Origin: Gemmatimonadales bacterium
GTDB lineage: Bacteria; Gemmatimonadota; Gemmatimonadetes; Gemmatimonadales; GWC2-71-9
Length of the DNA: 24,992 nt
Assembly (NCBI GenBank): GCA_039794085.1
Contig: JBDIWC010000051.1
Location: 1-24,992 of the forward strand
Reading direction: 5' to 3'
Part shown: one piece after another, positions 8,386-17,434 of the stretch
Numbering within the stretch: the stretch's first letter is position 1
Layout: each line of letters opens with the position of its first letter
Made by a program: the position numbers and the translations under genes
Notes under the pieces: generated by a model
The model's database searches: none
The model's input: only the letters and a program-made list of their open reading frames with translations
Told to the model about the DNA's origin: nothing

Positions 8386-9639
8386 ATGGCAACCAACAAG
8401 CTCCTCCTGGCCGCCGGATGGCTCGCACTCGCGGGCTGCAGCAGTCTCGGTCCCTCGGCACCAGCCGATGCGGAGGTGCTGGCGGGGCCCCTCGAGGGAC
8501 TCTCCGGTCCCCAATTGCGGCAGCACATCCTGGGTGACGAGGAGTTCGGGCGGATCTTCGGCGTGGTCGACGGGCTGGGGCCGGTGTTCGTTGCCGAATC
8601 GTGCGAACGGTGCCACGTGGGCGACGGGAAGGGGCACCCGGTCTTCAACCTCACCCGCTTCGGCCGGATGACTCCGTTGGGCTTCGATCCGATGCGACCC
8701 CATGGGGGTCCGCAGATCCAGAACCGGGCGATCCCGGGCCATGTCCCGGAAACGGTGCCCGACGAGGCCACCGGTGTTGCGGTGTTCATGGCGCCGGCGG
8801 TGACGGGGCTCGGGTTCCTGGAGGCGGTGGAGGACGCCACGCTTCTCGCGCTCGAGGATCCGGAGGATCTGGATGGAGACGGGATCTCCGGCCGAGTCCA
8901 GCTCGTGGACGAAACGGACGTGGTGTCGGAGATCGTGTCGCTGGAGTCGGTGCTCGACGGCACCACCGGGGCCTCCCGGCAGCGCATCGGGGGTCGCTTC
9001 ATCGGCCGGTTCGGCAAGAAGGCCTCGGCGATCTCGCTTCTCCATCAGACGGTCACCGCCTACCGCGAGGACATGGGGGTCACGAGCGACATCCTTCCCA
9101 CCGACCCGGTCAACATGGCCATCGGCGGGTTTGCCACCGACAACGTGGCCGACCCCGAGGTGTCGTCGGCGGTGGTGCAGGCGGTGGTGTTCTACCTCCG
9201 CACCCTGAAGGAGCCGCCGCGCCGCAATGCCGGCGACCCCGACGTTGTGGAGGGGGGCCGGATCTTCGAGGAGATCGGCTGCGCCCGCTGTCACCTGCCG
9301 TCCCTCACGACCGGACCCTCCACGATCCGGACCCTCGACCGGGTGACGTTCCACCCCTATACCGACCTGTTGCTCCACGACATGGGACCCGAGCTCGACG
9401 ATGGTTACACCGAGGGCCGCGCCCTCACCTCGGAATGGCGCACCGCGCCGCTCTGGGGAATCGGTCTGGCCCAGGAATCCCAGGGCGGACAGACCTTCTT
9501 CCTCCACGACGGCCGGGCCCGGACCCTGCGCGAGGCGATCGAGTTCCACGGGGGAGAGGGGTCCGCGAGCCGGTTGGCGTTCCGGGCTCTCGCCGAGTCG
9601 CTCCAGGAACGGGTGCTCGCCTTCCTGAGGTCGTTGTGA
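8386..9639 (+). CDS. Di-heme oxidoreductase (DHOR, putative thiol oxidoreductase/peroxidase family) lipoprotein
   Basis: Lipobox LALAG-C; two CXXCH (CERCH, CARCH); DGLGP.F, GLGFLEA, D.DGDGISGR, GRFG.KA, YTDLLLHDMG, EWRTAPLWG, LHDGRARTL. An alternative leaderless ATG lies at 8350. Confidence 0.9.
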   Translation: MATNKLLLAAGWLALAGCSSLGPSAPADAEVLAGPLEGLSGPQLRQHILGDEEFGRIFGVVDGLGPVFVAESCERCHVGDGKGHPVFNLTRFGRMTPLGFDPMRPHGGPQIQNRAIPGHVPETVPDEATGVAVFMAPAVTGLGFLEAVEDATLLALEDPEDLDGDGISGRVQLVDETDVVSEIVSLESVLDGTTGASRQRIGGRFIGRFGKKASAISLLHQTVTAYREDMGVTSDILPTDPVNMAIGGFATDNVADPEVSSAVVQAVVFYLRTLKEPPRRNAGDPDVVEGGRIFEEIGCARCHLPSLTTGPSTIRTLDRVTFHPYTDLLLHDMGPELDDGYTEGRALTSEWRTAPLWGIGLAQESQGGQTFFLHDGRARTLREAIEFHGGEGSASRLAFRALAESLQERVLAFLRSL

Positions 9640-10073
9640 ACCGCCGCCGATTCCTCTCGGAGGTCGAGCGACTCTCCGTGGGCCTTGCCGCGAGCTCGTC
9701 GCTGCTTCCCCTGGTCGGGTGTGGTGGCCGGTCGTATATCCGCGGCGTCGTGACCGACAATCGACTTCATGTGCCCGCCGCCCTGCTCGACTCGGGTCCT
9801 GATCTTCTGGTCGAGGCTCCCAACCAGCGGTGGCCTCTTCTGGTCGTGCGCCATGCCGATGGCCGGCTCACCACGGTTTCCACCCGTTGTATGCACCGGG
9901 GGTGCCAGGTCGATCCGGTGGCGGACCGGCTGGTCTGTCCCTGCCACGGCAGTGAATACACCCGGGAGGGTGCGGTGCTCAAGGGGCCGACCCGGGCTCC
10001 GCTGCATCGCTTTGCCACGAGGATCGAGGGGGAAGAGATCGTGATCGACCTGAACCGGATGGAGGGAGAGTGA
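9636..10073 (+). CDS. Rieske [2Fe-2S] protein with Tat/lipoprotein signal
   Basis: GTGA overlap; NRRRFL twin-arginine motif, LVGC lipobox; CMHRGC and CPCHGS..Y..G.VLKGP. Confidence 0.92.
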   Translation: MNRRRFLSEVERLSVGLAASSSLLPLVGCGGRSYIRGVVTDNRLHVPAALLDSGPDLLVEAPNQRWPLLVVRHADGRLTTVSTRCMHRGCQVDPVADRLVCPCHGSEYTREGAVLKGPTRAPLHRFATRIEGEEIVIDLNRMEGE

Positions 10074-11248
10074 TGCCGAGAGCAATGCTGTGGATCCCGG
10101 TGCTGGCGGTGTGGGCGGGGACGCTCTCCGCGCAGGACACCTCGATGGTGCAGGGGGGGATCTATCGCCGGCCCTTCATCGCCGAGGCGGGCCGGACGGC
10201 GATCGGCGGATATCTGGAGGCGAACGCGGCGTGGTCCCGCACCGATGGAATCAGCGAAGGGCCGACGACCAACCTCCAGCGGTTCAACATCTTCCTCTTT
10301 TCGTCGCTCGGGCCCCGTCTCCGGTTCACCTCGGAGCTCGAATTCGAGGAGGGGGGAGAGGAGATCCGGGTGGAGACCGCGGTGCTGGACTTTGAGCTGC
10401 ATCCCGCCTTCGTACTGCGAGGCGGAGTGCTTCTTCCGCCCATCGGCGCGTTCAACGTGAATCATGATGGGCCGCGGTACGAGTTCGTGGAACGGCCCAT
10501 CGTCTCCACCGAGATCATTCCCGCCACTCTGTCGGAGGCGGGGTTCGGCGCCTACGGCCGCTTCGGATCGCGCCAATGGGGGTTCTCCTGGGACGCGTAC
10601 GTCAGCAACGGACTCAACTCCGGGGTGGTGCTCAACGAGGAGGGCCGGACCCGGCTCGCCGGTGGCAAGGGGGTGTCGCTCTTCGAGGACGACGAAAACG
10701 GGTCACCGGCGGTGTCGGGGCGCGTGGCGGCCCGTCATGCGACGCTGGGCGAGATCGGCCTGTCGCACTATCGCGGGATCTGGAACGTGTTCCGCCTCGA
10801 CGGGGAGACCATCGAGGAGAAGCAGTGGCTCTCGCTCACGGCGGTCGATCTGGAGACGACGGTGGGACCGGTCGATCTCCGGGGAGAGGTGGCGTTCGCG
10901 CGGATCGATCTGCCGGCCGATCTCCGGGAGAGTCTCGGCGACCGGCAGTGGGGCGTGTACCTCGACGCGGTGACCACGGTGTTCCGGCCCCGGATCCGGG
11001 GGCTCGTGGATCCCCACCTGCGTTTCGGCGTGCGGCTTGAGCGGGCCGACTTCAACCAGGGTCGGTTCAGTGCGACGGGGCGGAAGCGGTTCGATGAACG
11101 GAATGCGGTGTCGTTTGCGCTGAGCTTCCGGCCAGTACCGGAGACGGTATTCCGGCTCAACTATCGTCTCGAACGCTTCCGCGATCTGCAGGGAAATCCC
11201 TCGGAGCGGACCTCGGCGGTCCAGGCCGGCGTGGCGACCTACTTTTAG
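10073..11248 (+). CDS. Outer-membrane beta-barrel (porin-like) protein
   Basis: TGATG coupling; signal peptide; IGGYLE, RF.SELEFE and amphipathic strands; C-terminal aromatic ..GVATYF. Confidence 0.8.
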   Translation: MPRAMLWIPVLAVWAGTLSAQDTSMVQGGIYRRPFIAEAGRTAIGGYLEANAAWSRTDGISEGPTTNLQRFNIFLFSSLGPRLRFTSELEFEEGGEEIRVETAVLDFELHPAFVLRGGVLLPPIGAFNVNHDGPRYEFVERPIVSTEIIPATLSEAGFGAYGRFGSRQWGFSWDAYVSNGLNSGVVLNEEGRTRLAGGKGVSLFEDDENGSPAVSGRVAARHATLGEIGLSHYRGIWNVFRLDGETIEEKQWLSLTAVDLETTVGPVDLRGEVAFARIDLPADLRESLGDRQWGVYLDAVTTVFRPRIRGLVDPHLRFGVRLERADFNQGRFSATGRKRFDERNAVSFALSFRPVPETVFRLNYRLERFRDLQGNPSERTSAVQAGVATYF

Positions 11249-11295
11249 CAGGGGATAGGGAGTAGGGTGTAGGGGCGACGCATGCGTCGCCCTTG
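11249..11295 (+). repeat. GTAG-type REP element preceded by heptamers
   Basis: GTAG at 11269 followed by the perfect palindrome GGGCGACGCATGCGTCGCCC (11273-11292); preceding CAGGGGA TAGGGAG TAGGGTG units. Confidence 0.75.
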
Positions 11296-11450
11296 CCGGG
11301 CTCCAGCCCGGCGGGCACCAGAGCGTTGGGTGCCCCTGCTCCCGGCACCCTGTTCTGACGTCAGTCAGGTGACATTGTGCAAGGGATCTCCGCGTCGTCG
11401 TCACTAGAGTCATCGAGTGGTGTGATGACCCTCAGACACGGAGACCTTCC

Positions 11451-11879
11451 ATGGCGAGACTGACGACGTTGGTACTCATCGTGATGTTCCTGCCGCCGGG
11501 TGAGGCGGAGGCCCAAGGGCGTGGAATCCAACAGATCGGGCCGGCCGCGATCCGGCAGCACTTCAACGCGTACGATGCGGTCAAGGCCTATGGTGACGGG
11601 CGCTGGGTGCAAAGCTGCCACTCCGTCTCTGTCAACGAGGCGCCACAGCGTCCCGGTACCGGGTGGCTCCGCGACGTGCCGACCGAGTTCATCACCGGAA
11701 TCGATCTCATTCCTTTCGACTATTCCCACGAGTTGGTCCGGCGAGGGGCGCGCTGTGGAACGGTGGTGCTCCATTTGGTGGAGGGGATGAGCCGGGACAG
11801 TCTGAACAAGATCGCCAAGGAGCGCCGAGAGCAGGGTGAGAAGCCGGAGACCACCTCCGCAGGTGACCGGGGAGCGTAA
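11451..11879 (+). CDS. Small secreted hypothetical protein, possibly a stand-alone TonB-receptor plug-like domain
   Basis: SD GGAGA; signal peptide ending AEAQ; NAYDAV...L.DVP...I.GIDLI...CGTVVL pattern resembles plug domains. Confidence 0.6.
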   Translation: MARLTTLVLIVMFLPPGEAEAQGRGIQQIGPAAIRQHFNAYDAVKAYGDGRWVQSCHSVSVNEAPQRPGTGWLRDVPTEFITGIDLIPFDYSHELVRRGARCGTVVLHLVEGMSRDSLNKIAKERREQGEKPETTSAGDRGA

Positions 11880-11999
11880 GCCCTCAAAACACGCATCGCG
11901 AACGTAGCGGGTGAGGCGCGTCGATCGCCCGCTGCCGAGAACCTGTCCTTTCCACCCGCGACTCGGGGGGACGCTGGTGCATCGCCCCAAAGGGCACGC

Positions 12000-12115
12000 C
12001 CCTACGACCTGTACCCTACAGGGCGGCCCACGGGCCGCCCCGACGACCTATTCCCTACAGGGCGGCCCACGGGCCGCCCCTACGACCTATTCCCTACTCC
12101 CTATTCCCTACTCCC
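12000..12115 (-). repeat. Tandem 39-bp REP-containing units plus TCCCTAY heptamers
   Basis: ccc(t/g)acgacct....cctacagggcggcccacgggccgc about 2.5 times; the minus strand reads GTAGGGGCGGCCCGTGGGCCGCCCT. Confidence 0.85.
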
Positions 12116-12132
12116 TGCTGTACCATTCCCCG

Positions 12133-12807
12133 ATGCCGGACAACCTCCTCACTCAGTCCGTCGAGGACTATCTCAAGGCGATCTACCGGATCTCGCTGGG
12201 GGGACGGAGCGCGTCCACCTCCGCGATCGCGGAGTCCCTGGATCTGGCGCCCCCCTCGGTGAGCGGGATGATCAAGCGGCTCTCAGAGCAGGGCCTGCTG
12301 GAGCATGTGCCGTATCGGGGCGTGGTGCTGACGGTGGAGGGGAGGAGGGCGGCGCTCCGGATGGTGCGACGGCACCGGCTCATCGAGACCTATCTGGTGG
12401 AGCGGCTCGACTACACGTGGGACGAGGTGCATGACGAGGCGGAGCGGCTGGAGCACGCGGTGTCGGACCGGATGGTGGAGCGGATGGCGCAGGCGTTGGG
12501 CCATCCGCGCTTCGATCCCCACGGCGATCCGATCCCGGATCATGACGGGTCAGTGGAGGAGCTGATCTACACGCCGCTGTCGGATGTGCCGGTGGGCGAG
12601 ACGGCCGAGGTCCGGCGCATCGACACGGCGGAACCGGAGCGGCTCCGCTACATCGGCGACGCGGGTCTGGTTCCCGGCGCCGAAGTGACCGTGGCATCGC
12701 GGGAACCGTTCAATGGCCCGATGACCATCCGGTGCGGGGATGCCTCGCGGATCATCGGGCCGGAAATCGGGGCGCTGGTGCTCTGCACCAGGCCCAATGC
12801 CCGTTAG
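12133..12807 (+). CDS. DtxR/MntR-family metal-dependent repressor with C-terminal FeoA domain
   Basis: SVEDYLKAIY, SVSGMIKRL, RRHRLIETYL, VHDEAERLEH, DPHGDPIP, GLVPGAEV; -10 TACCAT at 12121-12126 suggests a leaderless start. Confidence 0.95.
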   Translation: MPDNLLTQSVEDYLKAIYRISLGGRSASTSAIAESLDLAPPSVSGMIKRLSEQGLLEHVPYRGVVLTVEGRRAALRMVRRHRLIETYLVERLDYTWDEVHDEAERLEHAVSDRMVERMAQALGHPRFDPHGDPIPDHDGSVEELIYTPLSDVPVGETAEVRRIDTAEPERLRYIGDAGLVPGAEVTVASREPFNGPMTIRCGDASRIIGPEIGALVLCTRPNAR

Positions 12808-12855
12808 TCCTTACGGACAGGATTGAACACACAAGAGCAACAGTTATTGTGGGCG
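12805..12855 (+). repeat. Dispersed ~50-bp repeat, copy 1 (other copy 24804-24854)
   Basis: TAGTCCTTACGGACAGGATTGAACACACAAGAGCAACA; 30/34 identity for 12809-12842 vs 24809-24842. Confidence 0.85.
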
Positions 12856-12962
12856 ACGACTCCCCTCTTCGCCCGCAAGCCCGGCCTCCGCTCCCCTCCC
12901 CCATCGCCCTTTCGATCGTGCCCCCCGCGCCCCCGCGCTTCGGCCCTGCTATACTCCGCCCC

Positions 12963-13988
12963 ATGTCGATCGCTTCCTTCCTTGCGCCCTTGCTTCTCAT
13001 GCTCGGAACCGGGGATGCCCCCGTGGCCCACCACCCGGTACCCGACACCCGAGGACCCAGGACGCAGGACATAGGACATAGGGGGACACAGGACATAGGA
13101 CACAGGGCGTTCGTACCCGGCTTCCGGCCGCAAGGGCGACGCATGCGTTTCCCCCACACCTACACCCTACTCCCTACCCCCTATTCCCTATCACACCCAA
13201 CCCCCAACACCCAGCCCCCAATCCCCGTTCTCCAGGTCGCCATCGAACAGCGCCTCGCCACAGCACTCGGGCTCTCCCTCGGAGACACCATCTCCCTCGG
13301 CGCCACTCCCGATGCCGTCACCCGCCGAGCCGTCATCACCGCCATTCACGAGCCCCCGCCCGATCCGGCCACCGTGCTGCGAGGGGAGTACCGTCTCCGG
13401 CTCCACCTCTCTGACCTCGCCACCCTGCTCGGCGCCCCCGACCGGGTCGATCGCTTCGGCCTGGCTCTCCAACCCGGGGCTGATCCCGAGGCACTCTCCG
13501 CGCGCCTCAATCAGGGGGCCGTCGGCTTCCGGGCCGAACCCTCGGTTCGGATTGCCGCCGAATCCTCCCGGACCTTCGCGGTGGTCAGTCGCTTTCACCG
13601 GGCCATCGGGGTCATCTCGATCGTGGCCAGCGCCGTCTTTCTCCTCTGCATCATGCTGCTCAAGGTCGAGGCGCGGCGGAAGGACACCGCGGTCATGCGA
13701 TTGATAGGGATCCGTCGTCGCACGATCTTCGGAGCCCTCGTTCTCGAGTCCAGCATCGTGAGCCTTGTGGGGAGCGCCATGGGAGTGATCCTCGCCTGGG
13801 TGGCGGGCGTAGTCACGAACCTCTACTACCAGAACCTCTTCGACACTCCCCTGGTTTTCTCCCTCCTCACCCCCGGCATCGTCGGATTCGGCGTCGCTCT
13901 CTCCGTGGTCCTGGGAATCGGTGCCGGGGCCGTGGCCGCCGCCCGCCTCTCCGCCGCCCAACCCCTTCTCCTCTGGCGGCGCGGGTGA
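12963..13988 (+). CDS. FtsX/MacB-family ABC permease, C-terminal half, with N-terminal signal and repeat-derived linker
   Basis: TGcTATACT extended -10 (12947-12955); LGLSLGDTI periplasmic motif; V..RRKDTAVMRLIGIRRRTIF...V.ES and three TM helices. Confidence 0.85.
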   Translation: MSIASFLAPLLLMLGTGDAPVAHHPVPDTRGPRTQDIGHRGTQDIGHRAFVPGFRPQGRRMRFPHTYTLLPTPYSLSHPTPNTQPPIPVLQVAIEQRLATALGLSLGDTISLGATPDAVTRRAVITAIHEPPPDPATVLRGEYRLRLHLSDLATLLGAPDRVDRFGLALQPGADPEALSARLNQGAVGFRAEPSVRIAAESSRTFAVVSRFHRAIGVISIVASAVFLLCIMLLKVEARRKDTAVMRLIGIRRRTIFGALVLESSIVSLVGSAMGVILAWVAGVVTNLYYQNLFDTPLVFSLLTPGIVGFGVALSVVLGIGAGAVAAARLSAAQPLLLWRRG

Positions 13989-15172
13989 TCACGGGTATCC
14001 TGCGGAACCTCCGCCGCCACCCGGTGCGGAGCGGACTCGCCATCGGGGGCATCGCCGTGGCCGCGGCCCTGTTGCTCGACATGGTGCTCCTCAGCAGCGG
14101 AATGGAGATCTCCTTCGAGCGCCTGGTGCTGGCCCGAGGGTATCAGATCCGGGTTTCCCCGAAGGGCACCCTCCCCTTCGACACCGAGGCCACGCTCGCC
14201 GACGCAGGGGCCCTGGTCCGCTCGATCCGGGACGATCCCGGTGTCGCCCGGGCGGGGGCGATACTGGGGACGACGGTGTTTCTGCGCTCGGCCGACTCCC
14301 TGGTGCCCCTGACAGGCTACGGGTTCGATCCGAGGGCACAGGGACTGTATGAATTGCAGAAGGGATCCGATCTCGCTCCCGGCGATTCGGCGGGACTTCT
14401 CCTCGGGGAGGAGGCCGCGCGAATTCTCGGACTTGCCCCGGGCGACACCGTCACCGTCGAGGGTGAGCTCGACCCCCTCGCCGGCCTGGCCCGCACCGAC
14501 CGACACCTGGTGGTGCGTGGTGTGGTCCGCTGGCTCTACGATGCCCGGGACCAGCTCTCGCTCGGCACCACGCTCGGTACCATGCAGCATCTCTCCATGA
14601 GCCGGGGGGAGGACCGCGCCTCCGCCATTCTCGTCATGGCCACCCACGACACCCTGGCCCCGATCGTGGCTGCCCGGCTCGCGGCCCGACACCCGGCGGT
14701 TTCCGTGAACAGTCTGGCCACCCTCGTGGCCCAGTTCCGGGGACGGCTCACCTATTTCCGGCAACTGTCCGTCATTCTCGGAGCCATCAGTCTCGGTGTC
14801 GCCGCCCTTCTCGTCGCCACCATTCTCACCATCACCGTCAACGAGCGACTCGGCGAGATCGCCACCCTGCGCGCCATCGGAATATCCCGGAACACCATCC
14901 TCCGGCAGGTGCTCCTCGAGGGGGTGGTGCTCACCGCAGTCGGCGGGAGTCTGGGGATGGCCCTCGGGCTCCTGACCGCAGGATATCTCGACACCATCCT
15001 CACCCAGTTCCCGGGGCTCCCCGCGTCGGTCTCCTTCTTCATCGCCCAGCCTGCCCCTCTCGCCGCCGCCGCCGCGGTGATCGCCGGGACGGGGCTCCTG
15101 GCCGGTCTGATCCCCGCCTGGCTCGCCTCCCGGGCTCCGATTGCCGCCACTCTTCGGGAGGATGGGGGATAA
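13985..15172 (+). CDS. MacB/FtsX-family ABC transporter permease (full length)
   Basis: GTGA overlap; RNLRRHPVRS.L...GIAV, LGLAPGDTV, VNERLGEIATLRAIGIS, GLIPAWLASR. Confidence 0.93.
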   Translation: MITGILRNLRRHPVRSGLAIGGIAVAAALLLDMVLLSSGMEISFERLVLARGYQIRVSPKGTLPFDTEATLADAGALVRSIRDDPGVARAGAILGTTVFLRSADSLVPLTGYGFDPRAQGLYELQKGSDLAPGDSAGLLLGEEAARILGLAPGDTVTVEGELDPLAGLARTDRHLVVRGVVRWLYDARDQLSLGTTLGTMQHLSMSRGEDRASAILVMATHDTLAPIVAARLAARHPAVSVNSLATLVAQFRGRLTYFRQLSVILGAISLGVAALLVATILTITVNERLGEIATLRAIGISRNTILRQVLLEGVVLTAVGGSLGMALGLLTAGYLDTILTQFPGLPASVSFFIAQPAPLAAAAAVIAGTGLLAGLIPAWLASRAPIAATLREDGG

Positions 15173-15223
15173 TTTCCCGGCTCCCGAGATCCACCCCGCC
15201 GGTGGCGTCGTCCTACTTCTAAA

Positions 15224-15237
15224 TGGAACCGGTTCCA
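15224..15237. promoter_or_regulatory. Perfect 14-bp palindrome upstream of the ECF sigma gene (LacI-operator-like)
   Basis: TGGAACCGGTTCCA with central CG; GGAAC recurs at 15243 and 15265. Confidence 0.4.
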
Positions 15238-15281
15238 GTCCCGGAACCGGCCGCTCCCTTCACCGGAACGGGCCGATTACT

Positions 15282-15917
15282 ATGCTAGCTGTGAGCCAAC
15301 CGACTACGGACCGTGGCAGGAACGCAACACGTCGTTTTCTCTCGGTCGAGCGCGAATCATCGATTCGAAAGCGACTCATCGCCCGGGATGAGCGGGCCCT
15401 GGTGGAGTTGATCGACCTGGCCACCCCGTGGTTGCTCGGTGTGACGCAGTCGATGCTCTCGGATCCGGCCGAGGCCGAGGAAGTGGTGATGGAGTCGTTT
15501 CATGTGGCGTGGAATCGGATCGAGATCTCGCCTGACGCCGAGGGGGGCCTGATGCCGTGGCTCCTGCGGGTTACCCGGAACCGGGCGATCGACCGGCTGC
15601 GGTCCCAGCGGCGGCACGTGGTCAAGACCCGTCGTGCGGAGATCTATTCGGACATCGGCGATGCCATCACCCAGCCGGAGGAGCCGAATGAAGCGGGCCA
15701 GCCAGGCTGGCATGTGCATGAGAAGGTGCAGGCGGCGATGAAGGAACTTCCCCCGGAGCAGCAGAAGGCGATCTACCTCGCTTTTTACCGGGGCCTCACG
15801 CATTCGGAGATTGCGGAGGAGCTGCAGATCCCGCTGGGCACCGTCAAGACCCGGCTTCGATTGGCATTTGGCCGGTTGCGCGGTACGCTGGCCACCCTGA
15901 AGGAATGGATCGTATGA
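15282..15917 (+). CDS. ECF RNA polymerase sigma factor (SigK-like); start uncertain
   Basis: AEEVV.E.F...W, WLLRVTRNRAIDRLRS, LPPEQQKAIYLAFY.GLTHSEIAE.LQIPLGTVKTRLR. Confidence 0.93.
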   Translation: MLAVSQPTTDRGRNATRRFLSVERESSIRKRLIARDERALVELIDLATPWLLGVTQSMLSDPAEAEEVVMESFHVAWNRIEISPDAEGGLMPWLLRVTRNRAIDRLRSQRRHVVKTRRAEIYSDIGDAITQPEEPNEAGQPGWHVHEKVQAAMKELPPEQQKAIYLAFYRGLTHSEIAEELQIPLGTVKTRLRLAFGRLRGTLATLKEWIV

Positions 15918-16642
15918 ACGCTCACGATTGGTACATCGAGAACCAGGCGGCCTACATCGCCCGGGCACTGGAACGGCAGGAGGAAGAACTCTTCGAGGAT
16001 CACCTGCCCCGGTGCGAGAACTGCCGCAAGGCGATCGAGGAGATCGAGCGGGATCTCGGATGGCTTCCGATGGCGGTGCGCCCGGTGGCGCCGCGTCCCG
16101 GCTTCACCCGGCAGATCACCGTGGCGGTGCTGGATCATGAGATCCGTCCATTGTGGCGCCGGGTGATGCAGCCGCTGGCCATCGCCGCGATGCTGGCTCT
16201 CGTCGTGGGTCTCGGTCTGGTGAGCTGGCACTCGGCCCGTCTGGAGTCGACCCTGATGGTCACTCGGGAGCGGCTCGATGCCCTGAGCGACACCCTGGGC
16301 ATCATGCAGCGGGCGCAGCACATCCTGCAGACCACCATCAAGGGGGATGGCTACGAAGGGGGCATGTTCATCTTCGCCGACAACTCCACCAAGCGGTGGA
16401 AGGTCGTGGTCCATGGCATCCCCGCCGCTCCCGCGGGCGAGGCCTACCACTTCTGGTTCATGTGCCCCGACGGGATGGTCAAGGGGGCCGAGGTGAAAGT
16501 GGATCCGACCCATCCGGCGATCCTGACCCTGACCCTTCCCCAGGACTTCGGCCCGGTGTATGGCGCGTCGCTGACGATGGAGTCGCTCAGCAACGTGAGC
16601 TCGACACCGCGGGGCAAGGAACTGGCGCACCTCCGACTGTGA
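15914..16642 (+). CDS. Anti-sigma factor (RskA-like, zinc-binding H-x3-C-x2-C)
   Basis: ATGA overlap with the sigma gene; FEDHLPRCENC, single TM, P.AP.GEAYHFW, LTME...S.TP.G. Confidence 0.9.
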   Translation: MNAHDWYIENQAAYIARALERQEEELFEDHLPRCENCRKAIEEIERDLGWLPMAVRPVAPRPGFTRQITVAVLDHEIRPLWRRVMQPLAIAAMLALVVGLGLVSWHSARLESTLMVTRERLDALSDTLGIMQRAQHILQTTIKGDGYEGGMFIFADNSTKRWKVVVHGIPAAPAGEAYHFWFMCPDGMVKGAEVKVDPTHPAILTLTLPQDFGPVYGASLTMESLSNVSSTPRGKELAHLRL

Positions 16643-16674
16643 GTCACTCCCCCGTCGGAGGTGAGTCGTACAAG

Positions 16675-16700
16675 ACGCCCGGTCCCCTGTGACCGGGCGT
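16675..16700 (+). terminator. 10-bp stem hairpin after the anti-sigma gene (possible terminator)
   Basis: ACGCCCGGTC-ccctgt-GACCGGGCGT; weak U tail. Confidence 0.4.
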
Positions 16701-16750
16701 TGTGCATTCGGGGTTGGCCCCCGGTCTCCGGACCCGCTACCATCCTGCCC

Positions 16751-17434
16751 ATGACCACGATTCTGGAAGCGCACGAGGTGCATCGCGCCTACGACACGCC
16801 GGGGCGCGCTGTCTCGGCCGTTCGCGGGGTGTCGGTGGCGGTGGAAACCGGCGAATATCTGGCGATCACGGGCCCGAGCGGCAGCGGCAAGTCGACCCTC
16901 CTGCACCTCCTCGGCGGGATCGACACCCCCACCGACGGGTGGGTGGAATTCGAGGGGATCCGGCTCGACGCGCTGACCGACCGGGCGCTCACCCGGCTGC
17001 GCCTCGAACGGATCGGGTTCGTGTTCCAGCGCTTTCACCTCCTGCCGGTGTTGAGCGCCCGTGAGAACGTCGAACTGCCCCTGGCCGAGGCGGGAGCCGG
17101 CAAGGGGGAGCGACGGGCCCGGGCGGAGGAGCTCCTCCACTATGTGGGATTGGGAGACCGGTTGCACCACCGGGCCACCGAGCTGTCGGGGGGGGAGATG
17201 CAGCGGGTGGCGATCGCCCGGGCGCTGGCCAACCGGCCCGCGGTGATCCTGGCGGATGAACCGACCGGGGAGCTCGACATGGCGACGGGGAGGGAGATCC
17301 TGGCGCTCTTCCGCCGCCTCAACCGGGATGGCACCACGATCGTGGTGGTGACGCACGACGCTCACCTGGCAGCCGAGGCGTCGCGCGTGGTGGAGTTGCT
17401 CGACGGCCGGGTGGCCGCGGAGCAGTCGGCCTGA
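16751..17434 (+). CDS. ABC transporter ATP-binding protein (LolD/MacB-like)
   Basis: [51 protein letters not shown] at 16738-16743 just upstream. Confidence 0.96.
   Translation: MTTILEAHEVHRAYDTPGRAVSAVRGVSVAVETGEYLAITGPSGSGKSTLLHLLGGIDTPTDGWVEFEGIRLDALTDRALTRLRLERIGFVFQRFHLLPVLSARENVELPLAEAGAGKGERRARAEELLHYVGLGDRLHHRATELSGGEMQRVAIARALANRPAVILADEPTGELDMATGREILALFRRLNRDGTTIVVVTHDAHLAAEASRVVELLDGRVAAEQSA

Noticed and set aside
8601..9635. 490-aa ORF as a long Rieske fusion
   Set aside because: The upstream part overlaps DHOR out of frame; the real start is GTG 9636 with a Tat motif.
12000..12100. CRISPR-like array
   Set aside because: The units are tandem without unique spacers and there are no cas genes; a REP explanation fits better.
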